Source: a virus
Reading direction: 5' to 3' (one strand)
UHGV virus genome: UHGV-0021337
Length of the DNA stretch: 64,000 bases
Part shown: piece by piece, positions 19,662 through 28,837 of the stretch
Position numbering within the stretch: the first letter of the stretch is position 1
Layout of the letters: the number at the start of each line of letters is the position of its first letter
The notes under the pieces: generated by a model
What the model saw: only the letters and a program-made list of their open reading frames with translations
Databases searched by the model: none
What the model was told of the DNA's origin: nothing
Translations under genes and position numbers: made by a program

Positions 19662-20138
19662 GTGAAGATAAAAGGGTTAACTGACGAAGAGTTTTTACAG
19701 TATAAAAAACCGTCTATGTTTATAATAACATCTTTCTGCTCATTCAAATGCGAAAAAGAAGCCCACTGTCCTGGAATGTGTCAAAATAATTCTTTAACGA
19801 CCGCAAAGATTATTGAAGTAGAAGATGAAAAACTTGTTAAAAGGTTTATGGATAATCCTATTACTAATGCAATTGTATTCGGTGGACTAGAGCCGTTTGA
19901 CCAAAAAGAGGAATTATACAATCTAGTAGAATGTTTTAGAAACCACACAGACTGCGACATCGTTATATACACAGGGTATACGGAACCAGAGTTAGTCTAC
20001 GAATTAAGTTACCTGAAACGATTTCCAAACATCATAATCAAATTTGGGAGATATATCCCCAACAAACGTCCTATTTTTGACAAGGTTCTTGGAGTAGAAT
20101 TAGCATCGAATAATCAATACGCAAAAAAGATTTCATAA
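19662..20138 (+). CDS. nrdG: anaerobic RNR activating protein-like radical SAM enzyme
   Basis: GTG start after aaaggagctaatca. The N-terminal Cys cluster is CSFKCEKEAHCPGMC and a GGLEP SAM-binding-like motif is present. The size (158 aa) is typical of phage NrdG. Cys spacing is non-canonical. Confidence 0.5.
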   Translation: MKIKGLTDEEFLQYKKPSMFIITSFCSFKCEKEAHCPGMCQNNSLTTAKIIEVEDEKLVKRFMDNPITNAIVFGGLEPFDQKEELYNLVECFRNHTDCDIVIYTGYTEPELVYELSYLKRFPNIIIKFGRYIPNKRPIFDKVLGVELASNNQYAKKIS

Positions 20139-20169
20139 TCTATAAACAAAAAGTTCATCTCATTCGCTA

Positions 20170-20203
20170 AACTATCTATAAATCATATAGATAGTTTTAT
20201 TAT
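20170..20203 (+). terminator. 11-bp perfect inverted repeat (aactatctata-N5-tatagatagtt) plus T-tract; terminator or operator
   Basis: Read directly; it sits between nrdG and the tail fiber gene. Confidence 0.5.
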
Positions 20204-20232
20204 GATTGAAATTTCAATAAGGAGCGACTACA

Positions 20233-22551
20233 ATGAGCAGAGACTTATTAGCTATAAAGTTGAACTCAATAGAGACACTTATCGGTGCCGAAACAGCCCC
20301 TCCCATCAATGCTACTGATAAGTTAGGCTGGCATCTTGATAACATTAAAAATGCAATTGAATCTGGTGGTACCGGAGGAAGCGTACAGAAAGAATACGTA
20401 GACAGTGAATTAGAAAAGAAGGTCGACAAAGTTACAGAAACTTCAGCAAATCCGCGGCTCTACGGTGTTAAAGAAGATGGAACGCAAACTACTTACTTTG
20501 CAACTCAGACGTCGAATGCAAATACAGTTGTCCAAAGAGACGCGACAGGACGTTCTCAAATAGAAGATGGAATTGCACCTAAGCAGATTATAAATAAGGG
20601 CCAGCTTGATGCTGCAGTAAAAGAACTACCTAAATTAGATGATACAAATACATTTACAGGTCAAAATATATTTACAGCAGAAACAGTTTTTTCAAGTGCG
20701 GTTGAATTTTCAGATACATTAAAACTTAATGACACAGTTTTAACTGCTTATGACACTGTTCATGACACTGTAACAACATATTCGGCTGATGAAATAGTTT
20801 TGCAGTCTGATGGTAATTCAAATAGCTATAACATGAAGTTTCCAAAAGCATCAGGAACATTTGCATTAACAAAATTTTCAACAATATCTTCATTTGAGAC
20901 TTCTGCAGAAGATAAAGAAGATGCTTGGAGCACATCTGACCCGAATGCTGCTATAACGATATATCATGAAGACTCAAATGCTCATGCGGGTATCGCGGTA
21001 CAAAAAGGCTTTGTTGAATTATCACACATATCCGACGGTACAGGGCAAAATCCTTCTGCAGCAAAAATATCAATTGATTCATTGAATAACATAACAATGG
21101 ACGCTGAAGATAGCGAAGGTAATAAAACAACACTTGCGATAACTCCAACTGATGCTAAGATAAATAACAAAGATGTAATAACTTCAATTGGCGGTATATT
21201 TGAGCAGAAGCCAGAGGTAAAAACTAATGGCGAGAACTCACCTGTAGCTGTTATGCAAGACCTTCAAAGTTATGTTCCTATTCAAAGTGAAGAAGGTCTG
21301 TTATATGCTCAAGTTAACAATGAAAAGGGACAAATATCTTTCAGAGTATTTAGAAACGGCGAAGAAACTGATAAACAAAACATCATTATTGCAGAAGATA
21401 GAATAACAACAAATGGTGTAAGTATAGCGACAGAAAATGATTTATTCGGTAAATTAGATAAAGTTTCTGTTCCTAATCAAGTTTATGGAACTGATGAAGA
21501 AGGCAAACAAAAATTATACACAGTAGATGCTGAATTGAGTCTAACATCTACAGATTTAGTTCAAAACAAAGTTATTAGAGAAGCGCTCGACGGTAAATTA
21601 AACGTTGCAGAACAATCAGCCACAAAACGTGTGTATGCAAGAACTGACGCAGGAACAGACACAAACATTAGCTACACATATTCAGCAGAGGCAGACACTA
21701 TAGCATATAGATCTTCTTCAGGTACACTCGCTGTTGAGACGCCTACACAGCCAAAAGATGCTGCAAATAAAGAGTACGTTGACTCAAAAATTCCAGCTGC
21801 TTTGGTTGTTGATTCCGCATTGTCAGATAGTAGCGAAAATGCTATACAAAACAAAGTAGTTAATGAGGCTATGAATAATCGTGTAGTGTGTCAACAATCT
21901 GGAAATCTCTTGAAAGCTTATTGTACATCACCTAATAATGTAAATGACGTATGCGTTGTGTCAAATACAGGGGTGGCTAATTCCATAACAAGATATACCG
22001 GAAGTGGTCAAGTAGTTGTTAACAGCGACCCAACGGAAGGAAATCATGTATGCAATCGAAATTATGTTAATGGATTAGCTACACGATATGGTTCTGGTTT
22101 ACCTACTCAAGGTATTGGAACAACATATAAAACCGGATGTACTTACATTGATACAACTACAGGCGGAGTATATGTATTAACCAAATCAGGAGATGCTTAT
22201 TCGTGGCAACTACAAACAACTTTTGAAAAGCCATCGTGGAAGAATATAAAACCAGAAAATACATCGAAGATATTGTTTACAAAAGTCACGTTAATCACGC
22301 AGGATAGCATAAACTTCCCAGGTATGAATGGAAAATCAGTATTAGTACAAGGATATTCTAGCGACGGGTTTAATTCTGGCACTGTTGTGTGCGATGAATT
22401 ATCAACGGGAGATATAACGTTCTCACCTTCATTCATAGGCAGTATTTCTTCAACAAAAGCTTCTGGTGTAATGATTAAAGGTAGTAATTCTATAGTAGTC
22501 ACTAGCATACCCAATCCAGAAATTACATTTTCATATGAATACTTGTGGTAA
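20233..22551 (+). CDS. tail fiber protein (772 aa)
   Basis: KEYVDSELEKK and KEYVDSKIP motifs and an N-terminal …ANTVVQRDATGR… segment typical of phage fibers. The sequence is S/T/N-rich. Confidence 0.6.
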   Translation: MSRDLLAIKLNSIETLIGAETAPPINATDKLGWHLDNIKNAIESGGTGGSVQKEYVDSELEKKVDKVTETSANPRLYGVKEDGTQTTYFATQTSNANTVVQRDATGRSQIEDGIAPKQIINKGQLDAAVKELPKLDDTNTFTGQNIFTAETVFSSAVEFSDTLKLNDTVLTAYDTVHDTVTTYSADEIVLQSDGNSNSYNMKFPKASGTFALTKFSTISSFETSAEDKEDAWSTSDPNAAITIYHEDSNAHAGIAVQKGFVELSHISDGTGQNPSAAKISIDSLNNITMDAEDSEGNKTTLAITPTDAKINNKDVITSIGGIFEQKPEVKTNGENSPVAVMQDLQSYVPIQSEEGLLYAQVNNEKGQISFRVFRNGEETDKQNIIIAEDRITTNGVSIATENDLFGKLDKVSVPNQVYGTDEEGKQKLYTVDAELSLTSTDLVQNKVIREALDGKLNVAEQSATKRVYARTDAGTDTNISYTYSAEADTIAYRSSSGTLAVETPTQPKDAANKEYVDSKIPAALVVDSALSDSSENAIQNKVVNEAMNNRVVCQQSGNLLKAYCTSPNNVNDVCVVSNTGVANSITRYTGSGQVVVNSDPTEGNHVCNRNYVNGLATRYGSGLPTQGIGTTYKTGCTYIDTTTGGVYVLTKSGDAYSWQLQTTFEKPSWKNIKPENTSKILFTKVTLITQDSINFPGMNGKSVLVQGYSSDGFNSGTVVCDELSTGDITFSPSFIGSISSTKASGVMIKGSNSIVVTSIPNPEITFSYEYLW

Positions 22552-22578
22552 TCCTTGTATAATAATTGCGAGGTATAT

Positions 22579-22761
22579 ATGCGTATAAAGTTAAACAATG
22601 ATAAAGAACTTGTTGCAAAGATAACTGAAAAGCTAAAAGAGAATGATGGATATTGCCCTTGTAGAATACAACGCACTGAAGAAACAAAATGTATGTGTAA
22701 AGATTTCAGAGATAAACAAGATGTAGGTGAATGTCATTGCGGACTGTATATCAAATACTAA
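22579..22761 (+). CDS. small Cys-rich redox protein, ferredoxin-thioredoxin-reductase catalytic-subunit-like (CPC…CMC…CHC)
   Basis: MRIKLNND…GYCPCRIQRTEETKCMCKDFRDKQDVGECHCGLYIKY. Three Cys pairs are spaced as in FTR catalytic chains. The start at 22579 follows gcgaggtatat. Confidence 0.4.
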   Translation: MRIKLNNDKELVAKITEKLKENDGYCPCRIQRTEETKCMCKDFRDKQDVGECHCGLYIKY

Positions 22762-22790
22762 ATAGGTATATAAACTAAATTACAACGTTT

Positions 22791-22835
22791 ATCCGCTGAC
22801 GCATAAATCAAAAATGTTGTCGGCGGATTGTTTTA
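22791..22835 (+). terminator. GC-rich hairpin (atccgctgac…gtcggcggat) followed by tgttttaatt
   Basis: 10-bp stem with one G-U pair and an 18-nt loop; it marks the boundary of the CpG-rich island. Confidence 0.4.
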
Positions 22836-22852
22836 ATTGAAAGAGGTTTAAA

Positions 22853-23899
22853 ATGAATACGAAAACTTTGTTCCAGAAATATCACGAAAGGCTCACGCGC
22901 GAAGGAATTCTTAAATCCGTTCTTTTCTCGTTTATAGCGTCTTTTATACTGCTATTCGTTTCGTCTTTGATTTTTTGGTTTTTCGGTATAAAGAACTTTT
23001 GGATTCCGATAGTTTTAAGCGCGGTATTTTTCGCCGCCGCTTGCCCGATTGTATATTCTAAAAAATTTAAGCCTACCACGAAAGCAATCGCTAAAAGAAT
23101 TGACGAGTTGGGACTCGAAGAAAGACTTCTCACCATGACCGAACTTGAAAACGATACTTCCTTTATCGCCATGAAGCAAAGGGAAGACGCGCTTTCCGCG
23201 TTGAAATCGGTTAATTCCGGTCTTATAAAAATAATCGTTACCGTTCCCGTATGGGTGGCGTTCGGTATCTCGGCGGTATTCGGCGTCGGAATGACTACGG
23301 CTTCCGCTCTTGCCGAAAAAAATATTATTAAAAACGGTATCGCGATAGTTGACCCCGAACCCGACCCGATTTATTACGAACTCGAATACGAAGCGGGCGA
23401 AGGCGGTTTTATAGAAGGCGAAATTTTCCAGACGGTAGTCGAAGGCGAAGACGGTTCTATGGTTATCGCTATAGCCGACGAAGGATATATTTTCGTTGGT
23501 TGGTCGGATATGCTTGAAAAAGGCGAAAAAGCCGAAAGCCCCGAAAGAACGGATCTTGACGTTCACGGAAACGTAAAAGTAACCGCGATATTTATCGAAA
23601 CGGACGAAACCGACGGCAAACCCGACGAAGGTCCCAAAGACGGCGAAGCGGACGACGCGCCCGATAAACCGAGTGACGGAGGGCAGACGGGCGGTAAACC
23701 CTCAGAAGGCAGCGGAGAAGGAGGCGGCGGAGGCGTGTACGAAGCCAACGATAATATTATCGACAATGAAACAGATTACGGCGATTTTTACGACAATGCA
23801 TACGGCGAAGCCATGGATTCTATATCCAAAAACGGCGAACTCAGCGACCTTGAAAAGAAAATTATCAGCGATTACTATAACTCGATCGCTAAAAACTAA
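22853..23899 (+). CDS. membrane protein with Listeria/Bacteroides-type (Flg_new-like) repeat and G/E/D/P/K-rich low-complexity region
   Basis: Three hydrophobic helices are followed by …GGFIEGEIFQTVVEGEDGSMVIAIADEGYIFVGWSD…, a GY.F.GW repeat signature. Low-complexity GKPDEGPKDGEADDAPDKPSDGGQTGGKPSEGSGEGGGGG follows. The gene is about 50% GC and CpG-rich, unlike the genome. Confidence 0.5.
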   Translation: MNTKTLFQKYHERLTREGILKSVLFSFIASFILLFVSSLIFWFFGIKNFWIPIVLSAVFFAAACPIVYSKKFKPTTKAIAKRIDELGLEERLLTMTELENDTSFIAMKQREDALSALKSVNSGLIKIIVTVPVWVAFGISAVFGVGMTTASALAEKNIIKNGIAIVDPEPDPIYYELEYEAGEGGFIEGEIFQTVVEGEDGSMVIAIADEGYIFVGWSDMLEKGEKAESPERTDLDVHGNVKVTAIFIETDETDGKPDEGPKDGEADDAPDKPSDGGQTGGKPSEGSGEGGGGGVYEANDNIIDNETDYGDFYDNAYGEAMDSISKNGELSDLEKKIISDYYNSIAKN

Positions 23900-23906
23900 A
23901 CTAAAT

Positions 23907-23945
23907 AAAGCACACGTTTATTCAACGTGTGCTTTATTTTTTATA
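23907..23945. terminator. bidirectional rho-independent terminator
   Basis: Perfect 12-bp stem aaagcacacgtt / aacgtgtgcttt with loop tattc, an A-run before and a T-run after. It lies between convergent genes. Confidence 0.85.
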
Positions 23946-25084
23946 AAGTTGTAATCATCAAACAAGTATTCTTGCTTTGCATACCAGCTTTGTTTTGTTT
24001 TAACTGCTTGCTCAACAGCTTTACTTATTTTTGAATATGCGGACTCGTAATCGTTTGACCACGCAGCAATATCTGCATCAATCTGCAACATTTTCCACTC
24101 TGAACGATAATGTGAAAATAATTTCCAGTCATTCAGTTCAAAATTCGCACGACACTGTGCATAATCCCAGAAATGTTTAGCTTCATCTATACGACCTTGA
24201 TATATAAGAGCTTGTACAAGGGCAACATATCCATCTAATATTTCAGGATATTTTTCAACTGCTTTTTTGTAACAAGAAATGCTTAATTCTTGTTGATGAA
24301 GTGTTTCGTAAAATTTGCCCATATAGATATATAAGGCAGTACTCATATAATCATCATGAGGTTTTTGATTTACATCTAATTCATAAAGTAATTTGTTACA
24401 GATATTCAATCCTTCAATTGCTTTATTGTTAAACCAGTATTCTCGTATAAGATAGAATAAACTAAAAATTTCGGTCGGATTTTCTTTTAATCTCAATTCT
24501 AACAAAGGAAGATAATCTGTTCTCGGTTTATCAGTAGGAAAATGAAATAGATATATCTTATTCTTATCTAGATATATATCTCCAGAGTAATCATCTCTGG
24601 TTGTAGTTAAGGTTTCGTGAACAGGGAATTGCCATTTCCATCCAAATCTTTGATGACACTTGTTATTCCAAAACCAGCGGTTAACGCAAACTGTGTTGTT
24701 GTCCACAACATTGTCACTGGCAAATCTATACCAGATATGTTTGAAATTAGGCATCTTTTCAACAGCCGATCTAACATCTGTAAAGAATTCAGGTATCACA
24801 ACTTCGTCAATGTCACTACAAAAACACACATCGGCATCTTCAGGTATCATTTTTAGACTGTCATTTCTAGGAACATCAAACCGCCAATCTAAATAACAAA
24901 CACTATTGACTATCAACTTGCCTTGAAATAACTTTTTGACACGCAATAAAAATTTAGTTGCTTTTGACATATTTGTTGTACAGCGAACAACTATATAATC
25001 AGCATAGGAAATTGCTCTTAACCATCGTTTAACAAACTGTAGTGGCTCGTCACCGCATATTGCATAAGCACAAATCTTAACCAT
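23918..25084 (-). CDS. GT-A fold glycosyltransferase (family-2-like, DxD motif) with C-terminal TPR-like repeats
   Basis: N-terminal ICAYAICGDEP…, DxD-like CFCSDIDEVVIPEF, C-terminal TPR consensus (…YIYMGKFYETL…CYKKAVEKYPEILDGYVALVQALIYQGRIDEAKHFW…). This GT2+TPR architecture resembles SunS-type peptide glycosyltransferases. Confidence 0.55.
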   Translation of the reverse strand: MVKICAYAICGDEPLQFVKRWLRAISYADYIVVRCTTNMSKATKFLLRVKKLFQGKLIVNSVCYLDWRFDVPRNDSLKMIPEDADVCFCSDIDEVVIPEFFTDVRSAVEKMPNFKHIWYRFASDNVVDNNTVCVNRWFWNNKCHQRFGWKWQFPVHETLTTTRDDYSGDIYLDKNKIYLFHFPTDKPRTDYLPLLELRLKENPTEIFSLFYLIREYWFNNKAIEGLNICNKLLYELDVNQKPHDDYMSTALYIYMGKFYETLHQQELSISCYKKAVEKYPEILDGYVALVQALIYQGRIDEAKHFWDYAQCRANFELNDWKLFSHYRSEWKMLQIDADIAAWSNDYESAYSKISKAVEQAVKTKQSWYAKQEYLFDDYNFIKNKAHVE

Positions 25085-25556
25085 ATATATGATACTTTAC
25101 AACCTTTGCATCTTTATGACCGTTATTTTTAATCTTTTGAGCTTTTTTATACGCGCCCGAATAAGAATAGTATCCGCAATAACTATCCCAAAGAGCAGTT
25201 TTATCGCGTTCTGCAAAGTCATTGAACGAGGAATATGTTTTACCATACTGCCCTTCGCGTACACAATCACAACCAGGTATTATTGAGCTAGAATACTGTA
25301 CACAATAACGTGTTGCCATCGGTATTCTTACGCTTATAACTTCTGTGTTTTTCCAGACAGTGTCTTTCTTTATGCGCTGCATTGCTTTGTAAGCAGTACT
25401 ATAAGAACTATATCCACAATCAACTATGTTAGATTTTATTTTCTGCTCTTCTTGCGACATAGAGTCATAAGGTACAAAAATTTTGCCTTCTTTTGTAGCT
25501 AAACAACTTTCCTGACCAGGATTAGTACATCTTATATAGTATTTCATATTCAACAC
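25077..25556 (-). CDS. tandem-repeat Cys/Tyr/Ser-rich protein (2 x ~75-aa repeats), co-transcribed with the glycosyltransferase
   Basis: The internal repeat …DCGYSSYSTAYKAMQRIKKD… / …YCGYYSYSGAYKKAQKIKNNGHKD… has conserved Cys positions. It overlaps the GT gene by 8 nt. RBS gaggtg. Confidence 0.45.
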   Translation of the reverse strand: MLNMKYYIRCTNPGQESCLATKEGKIFVPYDSMSQEEQKIKSNIVDCGYSSYSTAYKAMQRIKKDTVWKNTEVISVRIPMATRYCVQYSSSIIPGCDCVREGQYGKTYSSFNDFAERDKTALWDSYCGYYSYSGAYKKAQKIKNNGHKDAKVVKYHIYG

Positions 25557-25678
25557 CTCTTCATTTATTATATACTTATATTATATAATGAAAAAGAAGA
25601 AGAATCAAGTAGTTATATGATAATCTAAATTTGTCTTATTTTTGTAAACTAAATTTATATATCATAGTGAGGAAAATA

Positions 25679-26053
25679 ATGTATCAGATTTCAACTAACA
25701 ACATAATATCTCTTAGTAGAGGTGATTCTTTTATTGTTCCTCTATTCATAAACCTTGGCTCAAGATGTAAGTTAATACGGTATAACTTAAATACGCATAA
25801 ACAGTTTGAACTATACTTAGGTGTTATGGAAGCTAACCAAAAGTTTGAAGATGCTGTTATACGTAAGAAGTGGACCTATGATACAGGGCTTATAAATCAA
25901 TTCGGAGACTTAATGATTACGTTAACTTCCGATGACACTATTTTACTACACCCTGGTAAGTATTACTATCAAATAAAAATGAAATATCAAACAAAAGATG
26001 GAGAAAAAATAACTTCAGTTACTCCATCAACAGAGTTCTGGGTTTTAGATTAA
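25679..26053 (+). CDS. hypothetical protein
   Basis: ATG at 25679 follows gtgaggaaaataatg; the track ORF begins at 25631. Confidence 0.4.
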   Translation: MYQISTNNIISLSRGDSFIVPLFINLGSRCKLIRYNLNTHKQFELYLGVMEANQKFEDAVIRKKWTYDTGLINQFGDLMITLTSDDTILLHPGKYYYQIKMKYQTKDGEKITSVTPSTEFWVLD

Positions 26054-26062
26054 GGAGTTATA

Positions 26063-26611
26063 ATGGACTATATATATGGCAGTATAGATGCGGGCAATAT
26101 CGACTACATTGGATTGTCAAGTGACACAGCTGATGTTTTGGTTGATAATGAAGCTCGAACAATAAAATGTAATGTTCACGACGATGCAGGGTTTGACATT
26201 AGAAAAACTTTGCCAAAAGACGAGCAAGGAAAGTATATTACTGGAGACTACAAATTGACTGTAACAATAATGAATAACGTTCCGACATTTGTTTGGACCC
26301 CAGTTGGAGAAGGTCATGTTTACTATGGCGTAACAGACGCAGATGTTGTGAGTAGTTTTATTGTAACATCTTTGACTGACATAGGCTCAGGTAAACCGAC
26401 GTTTGAACTTGTGTTTGAACCTGTTAAACAAAAATCTGTTTTTGCATACCCTCAAGCGTTAGGCAGACTTTCTAGCATTAGACATAAAGAAACAGGGCTA
26501 GAAGTTTTGTCTGGTTGGGACATAACTACAACACAAGTTAATGATACTCCTTATTATGTGTATTCAACAACAAAAAGTACTGGTAGATACACATATATAT
26601 TCACATTTTAA
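26063..26611 (+). CDS. hypothetical structural protein
   Basis: RBS aaggagttataatg; placed before the collagen-like fiber. Confidence 0.4.
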   Translation: MDYIYGSIDAGNIDYIGLSSDTADVLVDNEARTIKCNVHDDAGFDIRKTLPKDEQGKYITGDYKLTVTIMNNVPTFVWTPVGEGHVYYGVTDADVVSSFIVTSLTDIGSGKPTFELVFEPVKQKSVFAYPQALGRLSSIRHKETGLEVLSGWDITTTQVNDTPYYVYSTTKSTGRYTYIFTF

Positions 26612-26634
26612 CTAAACTCTTAAGGAGATTCTAA

Positions 26635-28677
26635 GTGGCAAGTAATTTTATTGACTTTCAATTTGGATTCAAAGTTCTTGCATCTAACGCTCTAGACTAT
26701 CGTTATGTTGGAGAAACAAAAGAGTTTCTAAACGAATTGATTGATTTAGATGCGGCATATGAAGGTCTTAGAGTATTCATAAAAGACGAAAACGAATACT
26801 ACGCTTACATAAAAAATGCTGATGGTGTTTATCAATTCGTTCTTGATAAAGGACCAGTTGGTCCTACAGGCCCGACAGGTCCTCAAGGCATTCAAGGACC
26901 AACTGGTCCTCAAGGTATCCAAGGCGAACAAGGTCCTGTAGGTTTACAAGGACCTCAAGGACCTAAAGGCGAGCAAGGAGAAAAAGGTCTAATCGGGCCC
27001 AGAGGTCTGCAAGGACCTGCCGGAGATACAGGTCCTAAAGGTGAACAAGGCAGTGTAGGTCCACAAGGACCTCAAGGCGTGGCTGGTAATAACGGTAGAG
27101 ACGGTGTAACCGGACCTAGAGGTTTACAGGGCGACACAGGACCGCAAGGTCCACAAGGAGATACAGGCCCACAAGGACCTCAAGGTCCAAGAGGTGAACG
27201 AGGACTTCAAGGTATTCAGGGTGAGACTGGTAAAGAAGGTCCTGAAGGCCCACAAGGCATTCAAGGCGCTACAGGACCAAAAGGTGCAGATGGTAAAGAT
27301 GGTACAAGCATAAATGTACAAGCTACAAAAGCACAATGCACAAAATCTGGGGACGGATATATAGCCGACGGAACTGACGCTCGACCTGGAATTGTGGGAC
27401 ATCTATACATATTTGTAACAGACACTGAATTCACAGATGCTGGTCAGATTCAAGGTCCTAAAGGCGATACTGGGGCTACTGGTGAACAAGGACCGAGAGG
27501 ACTTCAAGGCGAGCAAGGTGCGTACATAACAAAAATAGAAACAGGAGATGTTCAAACTTCTGCAGATTATACACTTACTCCTGTTACTGTTTCGTATAGT
27601 AATAATCTGCAAGATAACTTTACAATAAGCGCAGCGAATGGGGTTGACGGAATAAGAGGTGCAACAGGCGCGACCGGTGCAACACTTATTCCTCAAGTTA
27701 ATGAAACTACTACTCTATCTCCTGGAGAGGCTGCTACGGTGTCTGTTGATACTATAACAAATCCTTCAAAAGCTATGTTTACGTTTGGCATACCCAAAGG
27801 AGATACAGGACCGCAAGGTCCACAAGGTATTCAAGGACCTAAGGGAGATCAAGGTATTCAAGGAGATACAGGCCCTAAAGGAGACACTGGAAACCCTGCG
27901 TACAATCTGTCATTTCCTGTGTTTAAAGGAAGAGCAGACTCAGTACATGGAATTTATGCCTCAAGTCAACTTCCACAAGTCACTGCAACGGCAAATGCTC
28001 CAAAAGGTGACTTAACACCCGAAGGAAAACAGAACGTATACTTAACGTATGAGTTCGAGAATATAATTGGTAATGGTGTAGAGAAAGTTACTGAGTCCGC
28101 AAACCCTGACGATTTGCTTGGTACAGACTACACGCTTAAATTTTTCGGACCGCTAGATATCAACTCTGAGGATGATCCAAACTACCACGAAGAAATTTTT
28201 GATGACCCTAGTAAGAAGAATATCTATACATACACCCTTCATGTTCGAAACGGTGCAAGTTTGAAAAAAATAACTCCTACAAACTTAATTAACTTTCCTA
28301 CTGACTCTTATGCGTATGTTGTAAACAATACAGTATTAACAGGAGCTACAGAAGAGGGAACTACAGGACCGTCGTTTAATTCTCCTTTAATTGTTTTGAC
28401 CGATGATGTAGGTAAATCATCTATTGCTCTTGATACAACAGGCACAACAAAATCATTAAGCTTTAATTACAATACTGAAAAGTTTAACACAGAAACAGGA
28501 AGGTTGCCCGTAAGTGCAAAAATCACGCTACCTGCTGTTTATGCTACTTCTGGAACAAGCTCTTTAACAGTTCCTGTCGACATAACAGCTAAAAATCAGT
28601 TCTACATACGTAATATGCTAGGTAACTTCCAAAAAATCGATATGAGTCTTGATGACGGCATTCTTGAACTCGACTAA
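26635..28677 (+). CDS. collagen-like repeat tail fiber protein
   Basis: GTG start 9 nt after aaggag. There is a long Gly-X-Y tract ([46 protein letters not shown]…, nt ~26860-27300) plus three shorter G-X-Y blocks. The C-terminus is a non-collagenous globular domain. Confidence 0.7.
   Translation: MASNFIDFQFGFKVLASNALDYRYVGETKEFLNELIDLDAAYEGLRVFIKDENEYYAYIKNADGVYQFVLDKGPVGPTGPTGPQGIQGPTGPQGIQGEQGPVGLQGPQGPKGEQGEKGLIGPRGLQGPAGDTGPKGEQGSVGPQGPQGVAGNNGRDGVTGPRGLQGDTGPQGPQGDTGPQGPQGPRGERGLQGIQGETGKEGPEGPQGIQGATGPKGADGKDGTSINVQATKAQCTKSGDGYIADGTDARPGIVGHLYIFVTDTEFTDAGQIQGPKGDTGATGEQGPRGLQGEQGAYITKIETGDVQTSADYTLTPVTVSYSNNLQDNFTISAANGVDGIRGATGATGATLIPQVNETTTLSPGEAATVSVDTITNPSKAMFTFGIPKGDTGPQGPQGIQGPKGDQGIQGDTGPKGDTGNPAYNLSFPVFKGRADSVHGIYASSQLPQVTATANAPKGDLTPEGKQNVYLTYEFENIIGNGVEKVTESANPDDLLGTDYTLKFFGPLDINSEDDPNYHEEIFDDPSKKNIYTYTLHVRNGASLKKITPTNLINFPTDSYAYVVNNTVLTGATEEGTTGPSFNSPLIVLTDDVGKSSIALDTTGTTKSLSFNYNTEKFNTETGRLPVSAKITLPAVYATSGTSSLTVPVDITAKNQFYIRNMLGNFQKIDMSLDDGILELD
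26860..27300 (+). repeat. collagen-like (G-X-Y)n coding repeat
   Basis: Roughly 49 consecutive Gly-X-Y triplets, seen directly in the translation. Confidence 0.8.
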
Positions 28678-28699
28678 ATACAGACGAAAAACTTAAATG

Positions 28700-28738
28700 A
28701 GAGCTTACTAGAAGTAGTAAGCTCTTTTATTTTATTAT
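28700..28738 (+). terminator. rho-independent terminator
   Basis: Perfect 10-bp stem agagcttact / agtaagctct, loop agaagt, then tttattttatt. Confidence 0.85.
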
Positions 28739-28837
28739 TTTTAAATTATTATTACTAAATTATTATATAAATCATATTTCGTCGTATTCTTTCATAATAG
28801 AGCAAGAGATATGAAATAATAAGATAAGGAATATCAC

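Noticed and set aside
19662-20138. Canonical CxxxCxxC radical-SAM motif in the NrdG-like protein
   Set aside because: The Cys spacing seen is C-x3-C-x5-C-x3-C, not the canonical spacing. I kept the NrdG call at moderate confidence because of the GGLEP motif, the size and the synteny with nrdD, but the cluster assignment is uncertain.
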